From NCBI RefSeq assembly GCF_964355755.1, contig NC_092673.1, forward strand, positions 24,425,648 to 24,489,647: a stretch of 64,000 nt of DNA, written 5' to 3'. This DNA is from Antedon mediterranea. Lineage: Eukaryota > Animalia > Echinodermata. A program made the position numbers and the translations under genes. This document shows, piece after piece, positions 1-12,579 of this stretch (positions are counted from its first letter, which is position 1; each line of letters opens with the position of its first letter). Below the pieces are notes generated by a model that was not told where the DNA came from, ran no database searches, and saw nothing but the letters and a program-made list of their open reading frames with translations.

Positions 1-499
1 TATTGATTTTTACAAGTAGAAAATAAAATATTTAAAGGAATATAATACTATATACAGTAGATTTTTTGTAAAATTGCGAGTCATTATACAGGTATGAGAA
101 TGGGTTTAAGAATCAATATTGTTTAAATACAGGATAAAAAATATTAAGGGGTTTTTTAAATTCTTAAGATTATTAATTGTCCTAATGTAAAGTTTAAGAA
201 CTTTAAAAAAGTATTCACCGATTTCTGTCTTGTCTGAAGTGTAACTGTATTTAATTATTTTGGAATTAATAAGTCTAATAAATCAGTCTCTTTCAATCTC
301 CCTCTTCCAATAAATTTTCTAATATATTTTTCTTTTTTTGTTGAATTGTTCTGTATTTCATATATTTAATACTACGGTAATTCTAAATTTAAATAATGTT
401 TATTCATTAAAAACAGAATAAGAAAGTTTGTCTAAAAAATAAACTGCTTATGCAATACTACTAGTAATAAGATGGCTCGATAAAATCTCAGAGGGGTTT

Positions 500-772
500 T
501 ACCAATCACTGACACATATTCCAGAATTGTATTAAAAAGATCTATATCGCATGCTATTTAAATGACTATTCATTAGTATATATTTTAGTGTATATTTACA
601 TACTTATTTACGTTAGTAAAATTATACTAAATGATTCAGAAATTTCTTTAGGTGCTGAAAAAATAGTTACAGTACTTTATTAGTTAGGTTTTGACCAATC
701 ACTGACATATTCCAGAATCATATTATAAAAGATCTATATCGCATGCTATTCAAATGAATATTCATTAGTATC
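500..772. repeat. Local direct duplication of ~80 bp (500-580 vs 694-772); a ~55-bp segment at 629-684 is also repeated at 1772-1826
   Basis: accaatcactgac(ac)atattccagaat...gatctatatcgcatgctatt occurs twice; aaatgattcag...taggtgctgaaa..aatagttacagtactttatta occurs twice. Confidence 0.7.
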
Positions 773-813
773 ATGTTTTCTCTTGTTAATAACTTTCTAT
801 ATATTTTTTCCAG

Positions 814-1101
814 GAAGTGGTACAAAAGTTAGTTGTACGGCAAGCTTGCAGCAAAAAGGGCGATGACAGACGACGGCAAAAACAATTGGTCCAGGAATTA
901 AGACAAGGCCTATCCGAGATACGTAGCGATGCGCAAGAATCTCTGCAGGCCATGCATCAAGATCTTCACCGCACGGAGAAAGCGTCTGACGTTGCTCCAA
1001 TAGAAGAAGACATATATGCCAGTGACACTTTGAAAGCTATGCATAAATTACTGCAAGCAAACAATAACATTGATACGTCTAAGAAAGCGGAAGAAAATTA
1101 A
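814..1101 (+). CDS. Terminal coding exon of an upstream gene, probably a TRPC-like (short transient receptor potential) channel C-terminus
   Basis: Acceptor tatattttttccag at 813, phase 0, open to TAA at 1101, AATAAA shortly after. EVVQKLVVRQ...VQELRQGLSEIRSD resembles the TRPC rib-helix/coiled-coil motif (EVMRNLVKRY...KELKQDISSFR). Family call is from motif recall only. Confidence 0.5.
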   Translation, partial: EVVQKLVVRQACSKKGDDRRRQKQLVQELRQGLSEIRSDAQESLQAMHQDLHRTEKASDVAPIEEDIYASDTLKAMHKLLQANNNIDTSKKAEEN

Positions 1102-1852
1102 TCGAAATTATAATAAAGTGCAAGGAAAGGATAAACATGAACTATAGACTATGTGAAGGATAAAGACAATGTATAAAAAGAAAGAAGAATTTATTAAACA
1201 AAGTGGCTATGCTTAAAGGCATTCAATCATTTTGATACGTTCCATCAAGAGGGTGCAATAACCATGTTTTAAAGTCAAGAACTTCAGTCGGCAGAGTCCG
1301 CACAGTACTGCTGATTGACGCATATAGCCTTATGTACTAATTATAAATATGGTTAGGCCTACCGCTCAAGTCAAACATAGCCATATTGTTTATTGAACAA
1401 CCCGAGAATAAAAAGAATACAAATTTAGACTAGTAGGTTGTACAAAAGATTGAGGTAGAGGAGAAAAAAAAGATAGGATGTTTTTAAATTTATGACATTA
1501 TCTAACATTTTTACTCTTCAATGTAAGTGGATTTTTATATTAATATTAAACGCATCTTAGGTTTATATATATTCTATGTGCAACATTTTTTGGTGAACAA
1601 TTTTTCAGAAAAATTAATTGCGCTGTATACTGTATAACAATATTTTAAAAATTGAAAATATAGAATATTAAACCCCTATTAAGATATAGTATTACTAGAT
1701 TATTTAGTAGATTTTGTTTATTGTGGTATAGTTTATATTTACATATTTATTTATGTTATTAAGATTGTAATAAATGATTCAGTAATTCCTTTAGGTGCTG
1801 AAAGAAATAGTTACAGTACTTTATTATAGTTCTATATCTACTGCACAGTTAA

Positions 1853-2478
1853 AGCCCCATTCCCTACGTTTTTTAGATCTAATTTAAGATCACAAACTAT
1901 ATTTAATGTAAAAATAATACTATATGGTCCTATTGCGATAACTTTTTTCGTCTTTAAACGGTTAAAAATGTGAAAAATAAGTCGATTCTAATAATTATAG
2001 CGGCCCGCTATAAATCCCAAAATGCATTGCGCGCGGATTGATATTTTTGTTTTTCACCTGTAATTCGCCCACTTTTCGATCGATCGTGAGGCCAAAACAA
2101 ATGGAAGACTCCTAACTTTTCAGCGAAAACATCGGGTTTTTTCCAATTTGTATCAACGGAGTCGGGCAAAAATAGAAAGAAAATTAATGCAGCAACTATA
2201 CAACGTCAGGCTAGGTATATAGCTAGCGTACGATGTTCGTACGTTACCGATGTTTACCAGCTAGGCCTACAAAACTAAGCCTAGCTAGGCTGTGCCTAAG
2301 ACCGTCCACGAGAGGTCGATCGCCGCGAGCTACTTAGGTAGTGCATTGTTTCTCACTTTTTATCATAATTTACCATAAAACGTACATTTAAGACAAGGAA
2401 TGACATGGTTTAATGTTTTTAAAGTGATATATATGTATTATTTTCCAAAAAACGTCCAAATTTGCAGGGAAGGGGTCT
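1853..2478. mobile_element. Non-autonomous Kolobok-type DNA transposon (~626 bp)
   Basis: TTAA on both sides (1849-1852, 2479-2482), AG...CT termini, TIR AGCCCCATTCCCTAC vs AGACCCCTTCCCTGC (12/15), CpG-richer interior. Confidence 0.65.
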
Positions 2479-3451
2479 TTAACTTAAGGAACATCATTGA
2501 CATACGACACCCCTAACCACCTAAAACATGTTATACAATGTTAAAACAAATAGGTAATACAATCTACTATTTGTTATTGTGTATGAACATGTCTTGCTGA
2601 CCTAACTTACACTACTACTGCTCTGGTTTATCTTAAAACAGACCTAAATTTACCTTTAGATTTGTTTTTTTTTGCTTATCACTTCCTGTATCCCTGACCA
2701 ACCAACAAATATCTGGATCCGCCCATTTTGTCTTGCTAAAATATCAAAATTTATATAATATATTTAAGATTAAGACCGAGGCTGAAACATGAAACAAAAA
2801 GGATTACACTCATTTTATATTTTAAAGTAAAAAAAACATCTTTAACATTTTTACATGTCAATCTATTCCCAAAATTATGAGCACATATCTATATTTCCTT
2901 TTTTAATACTATAACGATTTCAACTTTTATATAATATTTCATAATTAAAAATGTATACTACTAGATTATCTTGTAAATTGAATAAATAAGCTATCTCAGA
3001 ATGTTTTATTTTGTACATAACTTGCACATAAGATTAGGAATATAAAAGAAAGATTACCAAAGGCCAGTGTATTCAAACTTGAAGATTAGAATTTAGAATA
3101 TAATTATTCATTTTAATGTGCAAAAGATCATTTTTGATCAATTATTCTGAATATTATCTTTGATAAAAAATTGTTTGAGTTTGAAAATAATTTGTCGGTA
3201 ATTTCTTCATAGGATTACATTTAGTGTTTATTAAAATGTATTATCAATTATATTTTCAATCTTCAAGATTGTTGAAACTACTATTTTTAATGTACTCTGT
3301 TTCCTCCCCTATCTCCTACCATACCGCCAATACCAACATCATCAATATTTTAGTTATATACCTTCTGCATCCAACACATGTTTTTCTTATATCTAAATAT
3401 TTTTATCAATATCCTCATCATGTCTATGCATGTCATCTTTATCATTGCTGT

Positions 3452-4500
3452 CATCATAGACATGTTATCAAAATCATGCTCATAGACGTGTCATCAACAT
3501 TATCATGCTCATAGACATGTTATCAACATCATCATAGACATGTTATCAACATCCTCATGCCCATAGACATGTTATCAATATCATCATGCTCATAGACATG
3601 TTATCAACATAATCATAGATGTTTTATCAACATCCTCCTACTCATAGACATGTTATCAACATTCTCATAGACATGTTTTCAAAATGATCATTTTCATAGA
3701 CATGTTATCAACATTCTCATAGACATGTTTTCAAAATGATCATTTTCATAGACATGTTATCAACATTTTTATGCTCATAGATATGTTATCAACACTATCA
3801 TATTCATAGACATGTTATCAACATTTTTATACTCATAGATATGTTATCAACACTATCATATTCATAGACATATTATCAACATTTTTATGCTCATAGATAT
3901 GTTATCAACACTATCATATTCATAGACATGTTATCAACATTTTTATGCTCATAGATATGTTATCAACACTATCATATTCATAGACATGTTATCAACATCC
4001 TCATACCATCTCATACTCATAGACATGTTATCAACATTTACCATACTCATAGACATGTTATCAATATTCTCAGGCGCATAGACATGTTATCAACATACTC
4101 ATAGAAATGTTATCAACATTCTCATGCTCATAGACATATTTTCATCAATATCCTTATGCTCATAGACGTGTCATCAACATCATCATGCTCATAGATGTGT
4201 CATGAACATTCTCATGCTCATAAACATGTTATCAACATCCTCATAGATATTGTTATCAACATTCTTATAGACATGTTATCGACATTCTCATAAAATGTTA
4301 TCAACATTATCATAGACATCTTATCAACATTATCATAGACATGTTATCAACATTATCATAGACATGTTATCAACATTATCATAGACATGTTATCAACATT
4401 ATCAACATTATCATAGACATCTTATCAACATTATCATAGACATCTTATCAACATTCTCATAGACCTGTTATCAACATTATCATAGACATGTTATCAACAT
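3452..4500. repeat. Minisatellite, core CATAGACATGTTATCAACAT, units ~23-31 bp
   Basis: Directly visible tandem array; includes a 58-bp higher-order unit starting at 3747, 3805, 3863 and 3921, and 23-bp units at 4310-4500. Confidence 0.95.
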
Positions 4501-5029
4501 TCTACTATATATCATAGGTATAGTTAAGATAGTTATATACATGTTATTAAGTTACCTTAGACATAGGAAATCTTGGGGGAGAACAAATTGAAACTGGTAT
4601 AAAAACAAATGAATGTATATACTGCAACATTAGGAATAGCTAAAATGCCGAACTGGTAAAGGGCGTTAATTTATCTAACCCTAGTTTATTTGATTAATTA
4701 GCATATAATCTTTTAATGTATTAACATTTATTACAGTGTACATATATATTATAGGCCTATTGGGCTATATTATTTCTGATTTAAAGCGGTATTTTGTTTG
4801 AGGATTGGTTTTATTTATTTCATTCTAGATGATTACATTATTAATTAATAAAATGTCTAAAAGATATTAAGGTCACGTGTGGTATTTTGATATTGGCAAT
4901 AGATAATACATTTTTCTTTTAAGTTACCGACACAATGGGGTAATAAAATATCAAGAACACAAAGCATCGAAAACTGAACGTTATTAATAAAACGTAAAAC
5001 TTGGAAATCCTTATTAAGGGAACCCAACA

Positions 5030-5165
5030 AAATGTCCCTGAATAAGGGGTGGTCATAGTGTTCAAGATTGTAGTTCATCTTGTTCATTAAAACTGTCCCT
5101 TTAATAGGAGTGTCCCCGTGAATAAGGTAGGTGTTTGTTTTACAGGAGTGTCCCCTTAATAGAGC
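5030..5165. mobile_element. Fragment of a dispersed MITE family carrying TGTCCCCTGAATAGAGG motifs (others near 18345, 22870-22995, 27580, 32745-32845, 56851-57060)
   Basis: Recurrent tgtcccc(t/g)gaata(a/g)gg motif, in both orientations across the window. Confidence 0.5.
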
Positions 5166-5937
5166 TGGTGTGTAGATTTGAATGTGTAGGTAGTAGGATT
5201 GAAGGAAATTAAAATGTTGTTTTCATTTTTAAGCCGTCTGTATCAGTACCCTTGATGGTTCTGGAAAGAACAACTACACCATTTGTTATTATTATGCAAA
5301 TCCTTTAAATGCATGCAAAGCGTTGGGCTTATGCTTAAATATTGTCTGTCTAAGACGTTCATTCAACAAGTTCGCTTTCGGGCGCGGCGGTTCGTCTGTA
5401 ATTATCTAGGCCCACTTGAAAGCCTACATTTGGTAAGGCGGGCTAAACCCGATTATTTTCCACTATGTTTGTTTATCATATTAAAGTCAATTCTTCTTTT
5501 TTCCGATATCTAGGTCTGTAATGTAAAGTCGCAATTAAGACAGAAGTCATCTACAACAACTCATTTTTTAAATGTAAAATGTATGGAACGCACTTTACCA
5601 GACCGTTTGACTGCTGTTAAGCAATTGCCTTAATGTAATAGCGTCTTAATATCGTCATACATTATTTGTTTGCGTTTTACAATGTTCAATAGTGAAAGTA
5701 TGGGGCGCTAATCGATGTTAGAAAATTAACTTTAACGTCTTAATTTTGTTCACGCCTTTCTCATCTGTCGTAGGATGGGTCCACAACCGGTATTTATCTC
5801 ATTGTATATATAGGCCTGTAGATACGTTATGTTTGAGTATGTTTATGGCGGTGGTTTTCACAAATGGCATTTGATAGCAAATCAACAGCCTTTCGCATTG
5901 AAGATAGAACAGTTAAATTCTACTGTAAGTGTCTTTG

Positions 5938-6258
5938 TAACTCGGGTACAGGCTTGAATTTGAAATATAATATTTGAATCTTAATTGTACATAAATCAAA
6001 TATTTGTAAAGGAAATCAAGACGAAAATACATGAATTTTCCTTAAAATTGCAATTCTGCTATAAAAACTAGGAAGACTTTTTTCAGTAGTTAGGTAGTTT
6101 AACCTAATATAATAACATGTCTGGTGACTCCCTAGAAGATGAAAAAGGGTGGTGGATATACGGTGGATAATTTTTGCTATATAATGAAAATAAAACCCTG
6201 AAGTTGAATAAAAATACTACAAAATTTAATTTATATTACCTATATTTAGTCATCTGAT
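5938..6258 (-). mobile_element. Partial copy, in opposite orientation, of the Kolobok-type element at 12015-12579
   Basis: Its reverse complement aligns by eye with 12248-12579 (e.g. ggatatacggtggataatttttgctat; ttatattacctatatttagtcatctgat). Confidence 0.75.
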
Positions 6259-7219
6259 CATCTGTTTTAATCTCAGGCGATAGTACTTGCACTAGAAAAT
6301 CAGTAGTCTGGGTTCCAGACGGAGTTTTGTCTTAATATTAGTAAAAAGAAAATATTTTGGCACATATGGCGTTTCATACGTATACTACTTGATTTTAGAC
6401 AAAAATCGCGGTGGAAATAAAAACAAATAAATAAAAAAAAGACAATACAGAACAAGTCTAGAAAATCAGTAAAAATGATTTTTTTTTTTTTTTGTGTCTA
6501 TGACTGATTCTGCAAATTTTAGAATTCAGATCACGCTTAAATTATTCAATATCGGCGATTATTAAGTGAATCTCACTCTTTAGTGAATTATTAAAGCAGA
6601 CTCTTCAAAATCAATCTTTTAATATTGATTCATTTCACTCTTGAGTTAAACCATAGAGATATTATAGTGAACAATATCTCTATGGTTAAACTATACATAA
6701 TGGGTTCGTTATATCACTAACTCTCAATGAGACCCCACCGATACTGTTTAGGCTTACTAAATAGTTGACCAATCACAAGGAACAATTCGAATAATCCATC
6801 GCTTCTGATTAGTCGAATCGCATGTTGCATTACGTCCTTGTGTTGCGTCTGTAGTGGGAACCAAACATAATTCTATAGTAAAAACATCTCGGCATTTAAT
6901 GTATGAGATTTGCTTTCATAGGGAGTTTTCGCACGAGCACCTTAAACTATTTCCCAACATGCAACGTGCAGGCTCCGCCCACTTTGTAAACATATTGATA
7001 TGCGCGTGCGTCGAGAACCTTCCTGAAAAATTTCCTGCTATAAATGAATAGAAATAGTTCTTATTGATTGAAATTATAAAACGCATAATGCCCTTATATA
7101 TAGTCCTCTGTCATTAACGACCGGATGAGCTTAGTTATGCGTGTATCTACTCAAGGGTATATTAGTTTGACATCCATAAAAATTATTAATTAATAATTCC
7201 TTTGGTCAAAGCCACCTTA

Positions 7220-7370
7220 AGCTTGGTTACCACTAAGACGCTACGCCAGGACGTAAGCCGCAACGCAAGCAAATTGACCAATCACAGGCAACAGTTCGAA
7301 TAATCTATCGCTTTTGATTGGACAATTCGCGTGCGTTGTAACTTGCATTGCGTTCTAATGGGAATCAGGG
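7220..7370. mobile_element. PIF/Harbinger-type MITE family A (TIR ~AGCTTGGTTCCCACTAG); partial copies near 6770-6865 and 19655-19715
   Basis: agcttggttaccactaagacgc ... gcgttctaatgggaatcagg, with internal gaccaatcaca...ttgattgg shared with the 6770 and 11904 copies. Confidence 0.6.
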
Positions 7371-8129
7371 GTTTTATGAAATCTGTATTTATACGTATAA
7401 ATGCGCTGCCCTCCTATATATCAACTCAAACGTCTAACTATAATAGCATATAATGATTTATATTTTCTCGAATTATTGATACAGTATCATTATTGACTTA
7501 TTTAATTTATATTGGGAAAATTACAATATAAAATCTATTTTGGAATATGATATGCATATGCATCATTCCAATTGCGAAATTAAGCATTTAACTAATCCGA
7601 ACATCGCATTTATTTAAAAAATTCATTTTGTATGAAATAAATGGTGATTAAATTACAGTTCCTGTTTATTGTTATGTTCTCAATTACACATTGACGTCAC
7701 AATCATTAGGTTTATTTAACTCATGGGTTTTCAACTTTCAGGAGTACTGTGAACTTTATTTTTAATTTGATTTCGAAAGCAAGTAGGCATAATAAATATC
7801 TAATAAACATGTAGGCCTAGGTTATAAACAATATTGGCCTATATAATATATACAAATATGTAGAATAATTATTAATATAGTGCTACTACAGTAAGTTGTA
7901 TTAATACAGTGCTTTTAAATAACAGGTAATTAATTTCAATCCGAAGTAAATTTTAATTAGTTCAATGCACCCAACAATCTTTCTAATCCCTGTATTTTTC
8001 TTATAGCTTCATCATCATCAGGTACAATCCTTTTTTTAAATGAATCATTTTAAAGGACGCAGTTTGATTTCATGACGTAACAAGCATTTTTCTCGGCATG
8101 CTCAGATTGACGTATAGACTTGATAGCAG

Positions 8130-8310
8130 TTGTGGCGTAACGTAGAGACCCGATGGCCCTGGTTTAGTAACCCTAAGTGGCCCTCTATCCAACACTGGAG
8201 GCCTAGGGCGTTTTTAGCCTTTTTTCGACATATTGTAATGCATTTTTTCCCTCTGAGCACTGCTAAGGGGCCCCCATAAGCTAAGAGGCCCCTGGTGAGT
8301 ATAGTGGCCA
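8130..8310 (-). mobile_element. Partial hAT-type MITE, same family as 16690 and 18909
   Basis: gtggcgtaacg terminus; internal sequence is reverse-complementary to 18909-19108 (tttttcgacatat, gggccccc). Confidence 0.6.
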
Positions 8311-8896
8311 TTTTTGTTCAAAAGAAAGCTATAATTTATTGGCATAATTAAATTAAATTTTTAAGTTAAAGTAAATTAAAGTATGCCAGACGTTTTTGTA
8401 AAATAGGGCAAATAAAATACTTCGTTATTAGACTGACTGTAAAGTTCCTTCGTTCTTTTGTTGGCGATTAAACGTCTGTTAAACACCAAATTATTCCAGT
8501 CCTAGATAATTAATGACCGTCGGATGAGAACATTGAACTTGGATGGTATCCGTCTTGCTGATTGAGAGACAATTTTGTTAATATACCCGATATCCCCCCG
8601 ATATATACAGTATGTTTAAACGCCGACTACATTTTGAATATATAGTGTATAACAGGATACATGTAATTACCACTAGGACTTTTAAAGATAATCAAAAGCA
8701 TCGCTTAATTATGGTATACTAAAAACATAATTTCCCTTGAAGCATGCAACACGGATGTTTTATTTTATTCAAGAGACGTTTGATTACTCAGATAGCCTGT
8801 AGGAATAGAAGTTCGTTTACTTTTTCAATCATGTTGATGGCTTCAACAAGCCATTGTCACCATGCTTTAGAATAAGATGAAATTTAGAATGTACTA

Positions 8897-9347
8897 CACT
8901 AAAAATAGTGTTTAGATCTTAAACATCTATTTTGTACCCACCTTTTCCACACATTAACTTTTAAACACGTAATTACACGTTTAGCGTGTTTATACCTAAA
9001 CGTGTTTATAGCTACATGTTGTTTTCCTTTTGTTTTAGTAGTCAATATGTCACTATCATGTTCAGTCAACATGTTTAGGTGCGTGTTTAGCGTTGCGTTC
9101 ATCATATGGTTTTACTGTATCGGAAAAGAGCTCCACACATGAGCTCCACACATGGCAATTTAAACACGTTTAAAACCTAAACGTGTTTTTATATTGCTCC
9201 AATATACACGTCACTGATGTGTTTAGTTGGATACAGACTACATGTTTAGATTGTATTTAGAACCTAAATATGTTTATGGCTAAATGTGTGGGAAAAGTGG
9301 GTACAAAATAGTTGTTTATTAAGATCTAAACACTTTTATTTTTATTG
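8897..9347. mobile_element. Fold-back MITE with ~65-bp TIRs, CAC-type terminus and TA flanks (CMC/EnSpm-like)
   Basis: cactaaaaatagtgtttagatctt...ttttgtacccaccttttccacacatt matches the reverse complement of 9282-9347; internal taaacacgt/acgtgttta repeats. Confidence 0.7.
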
Positions 9348-9938
9348 TAGTATAGTAGAACATATTCCCTGGACACCCATATTAATTAAAGGAAAGAAAT
9401 ATATATATTAACTATACCAACTGGTACTGGTTCAAGTAACCATCTACATAGAGACATCTGGTAGCCATTGACATGAAGTTGACAATTAAAATAATGCTAC
9501 TTTTTTTTAATACAAAATTTCAATTGGATTTTATTTTTTTCCAATTGATTCATACTTCTTGAGGTTTTTTTGCCTATTTTAATCTCAGAATGTATAATGT
9601 ATTCATTTTAATTTGAAAAATGAAAGAATTAAATGTTTATTTATTTATCTATAAGTGACATAGTATATTCAAAATTTGAATCCTTGCCCCTCTTGGATGG
9701 CCGTGGCCGCCTCTCGATAATTGTAGTTGTGTTATAAAAAACAAATAGTGTATACAAATTCATTATTGTTATATTAGTCTCATTCCAAAATTGTTTATAT
9801 CTCTACCAAGCTACCTTCTTTGTTTTCTACTCTTATTCAAACTCCACCCTGTCTCCCTTTGTTATATTTCTTTTATTCCTGTCCACCCAGGCAGCACTTG
9901 CCAGCTTTATGCTATGACGTTATCCAAATTCCTTCACA

Positions 9939-9984
9939 AGTTGCACCGATGAAGGGCTAGTGTTGCCCGAAAGCTCTGCTAACT
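9939..9984 (+). ncRNA. Minimal type-I hammerhead ribozyme motif (Penelope-like-element type) with a U4C core variant
   Basis: AGTTGCA-CCGATGA-A-GGGC-tagtgtt-GCCC-GAAA-GC-TC-TGCTAACT: stem I (one bulge), stem II, GAAA, palindromic AGCT stem III, UC cleavage site. Confidence 0.65.
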
Positions 9985-10789
9985 TTTCTGGCTGTTTTAC
10001 TTCTCGTTTTGATTTAGCTTTTCGCTTTTATTTTGTATCTCTATTGAGATCCAGCCACTGATACCCACAGCATTGTCATTTTTTCAGTAATTTGCCTTTG
10101 GATTAATAAACGAACAGTTACAACAAATGACATATTTCCATGGGTCTGTTCGGCGGATTAATATCCTTTTTGCCTCGTTCGTGATAAATCCATCTTTGTT
10201 TTTATAGAAACCATTAAGATATTGGATCTAACACGAATCAATATTCTAATTTAATTATAATATTCTATAGATATTCGCCTGAAAATTAATTATCCAAGAC
10301 ATATTAAACAGTTCGTGGTATTAATAGGCTCCAACAATGGTCAATTATCACGTATTGGTGTTAGAATTAATTCTGGATTATAACTGGACGTACCTGGTCA
10401 ACCTACTTTTTCTACTATGACTACTCTTTATGTGTGTGGTATACAATTTAACGTTAGCACTTGCAAAATTAAGTAAGACATTTAATACTAATGGTATTAT
10501 ACGCAGGAGAAAGTCGTAGAAATCAATTATAATTAGCAATATTTTGGTGGTCTCTGCGTTGTTAAATTACTTCCGTCATGACCGGGTTTTTTAGTTGTCG
10601 AAAATGTAACTATCATTTCTAAATGACGTTTTAATTTGTACATTATTTTCTATCTTCTGTTTGATTCATTCTTTAAACACCAGTCAGGTGGAAAATGGCA
10701 AAAGGCTTCCTACTTTATAGGAGTTTTATCAGATAATCTACATTGTTTTGCAGGTCTTGTATTGATTTATATTTTTGTTGTATTACACC

Positions 10790-11075
10790 TTATTTATAGA
10801 GGGTGACCCTAAACAGCGTGTTCTGACAAGCAAGGGGCCCTTTTGATGATGAATGACAGTGGCTGTGTGTATAATAGTACACCGGGGTAACCCCCTACTC
10901 GTCTCGAAAGATGTATTAGGTTATTTAAAGTGCACATGAGCCAGATGTGTATACTGGACCTACGGTTTATAGTCCTTATCCGAGAAGATTCGTTCTACCA
11001 CCAGAACCATGGAGCCAGTGAGGCTCGAACCCTTGCCGGTATTACGGTTCCATCGTCTTAACCGCTGGGCCATTT
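10790..11075 (-). mobile_element. tRNA-derived SINE with a Deu/Nin-like central domain
   Basis: Reverse complement gives A box TGGCCCAGCGG and B box GGTTCGAGCC; highly similar to the copy at 49821. Confidence 0.85.
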
Positions 11076-11903
11076 ATGTAACATGGCCACAGTGCTGATT
11101 TTGCCATCGCCCCAACCTCACACATTATCTGTATTATGCCTATATTAGCAGTAGGCGTCATTTTTCCAATTACCGTGGTGTTTAGTGAAGTTTTGTTGTT
11201 TCAAAGACAGAATTTATCTTAAATTAAATGACATAATAAATCCTAAATAAATGAAACACAAAAATAAATGATATATTGTATAAACGACAGTGCTATGTTT
11301 AACCTATTTTAATGTACTTTTCAATTGTGCCAGATGTAATGAGTCATTACTGTTCTGTACTTTCTTAGTAAATGATGGGTGAGTTAGAACACAATGCTCT
11401 CTAAATAGCTAAGGTTCCATTTACCAAGACAACTCTAATTATAATAACTTAAATAAATTTAATAAATGCGCTGAATGACGTCATTCACAACACTTCATTA
11501 ATTCGAGCGTTGATTAGTTTTGCCAGTGAGTTATGCAAATTACTTAATGTTGATTTAAACCTGTTATGTTTAATGCGTTAATAAAGTGTTGAGATATAGA
11601 GGGCAGTAGTAGATAGTAGAGTACTATGGTTGGTCCATATCAAATGAACTGCTTGAAAATGTTATCTTTATTGTAATTATATACTAGCGTAAGTGAGTGG
11701 GTTTTTTTTATCGAGATACCGAACCCTATCCCAAATTATTACTAAGCTGATTATTATTTATTATTTTATTACCTCTTTGCCCTTTAAGCTAATCTTGTTA
11801 CCAGTTCCAACTTTATTGAAAGGTAAAATGGAACCAGATAATTATAGTGGGCAGCAAACACATACAACCACAAGATGCTTCTGTTCTACGTTTACTAAGC
11901 TAA

Positions 11904-12011
11904 AGCTTGTTTCACACTAGGAGACGCAATGAAAGGACGATAGTCTGATTGGTCAAATTGCTTACGTTGCGCTTACGTCCGACGTTGTTGCGACTTAGTA
12001 GGAACCAAGCT
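11904..12011. mobile_element. PIF/Harbinger-type MITE family A, complete copy
   Basis: TAA flanks (11901-11903, 12012-12014); TIR agcttgtttcacactag / ttagtaggaaccaagct. Confidence 0.7.
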
Positions 12012-12014
12012 TAA

Positions 12015-12579
12015 AGGCCAGGTGCGGGCAAAAAATTTCTATTGATCATACATTCCAATAATTATCGATCTATAGTTTCCCCTATGTTTCATAATTTTTG
12101 GGATTTTATTTGTGTTACACAAGCTTTTTGAAAATTAGCACTTTCTTATCAGATAGTTCAAATTACACAGTAAAATCTCTATTCTTTTGTACACAAATCT
12201 TGAAAATAGAGAGGCATTTTAAAAAGCTATGAAAAATAAAAAATGTTATCAGATGACTAAATATAGGTAATATAACTTGAATTTTACATTTCTGGTATTT
12301 TTATTCAACTTCAGAATTTTATTTTCATGCTATAGCAAAAATTATCCACCGTATATCCACTATCTTTTTTCACCTTCTAGAGAGTCACCAGACATGTTAT
12401 TACATTATGTTAACTACCTAACTACTGAAAAAAAGTCTTCCTAGTTTTTTTGGCAGAATTTTGCCAAATTTTGTATTGTGTAATTGTAATGTTTTTTCGT
12501 CTTGATTTCTGTTACAAATATTAGATTTATATACAATTAACCAGATATTATGTTTAAAATTCATGCCTGTACCTGAGCT
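12015..12579. mobile_element. Non-autonomous Kolobok-type element (~565 bp)
   Basis: TTAA at 12011-12014 and 12580-12583, AG...CT termini, TIR AGGCCAGGTGCGGGC vs AGCTCAGGTACAGGC (11/15); second partial copy at 5938-6258. Confidence 0.7.

Noticed and set aside
3452-4500. CRISPR-like constant repeat with variable linkers
   Set aside because: Linkers are only 3-11 bp and related to each other, there are no cas genes, and the context is eukaryotic; it is a minisatellite.
8007-8021. Possible 15-nt micro-exon (ttcttatag CTTCATCATCATCAG gtac) and scattered plus-strand splice-like sites at 5-10 kb
   Set aside because: No coherent coding chain could be assembled; may be chance or a non-coding transcript.
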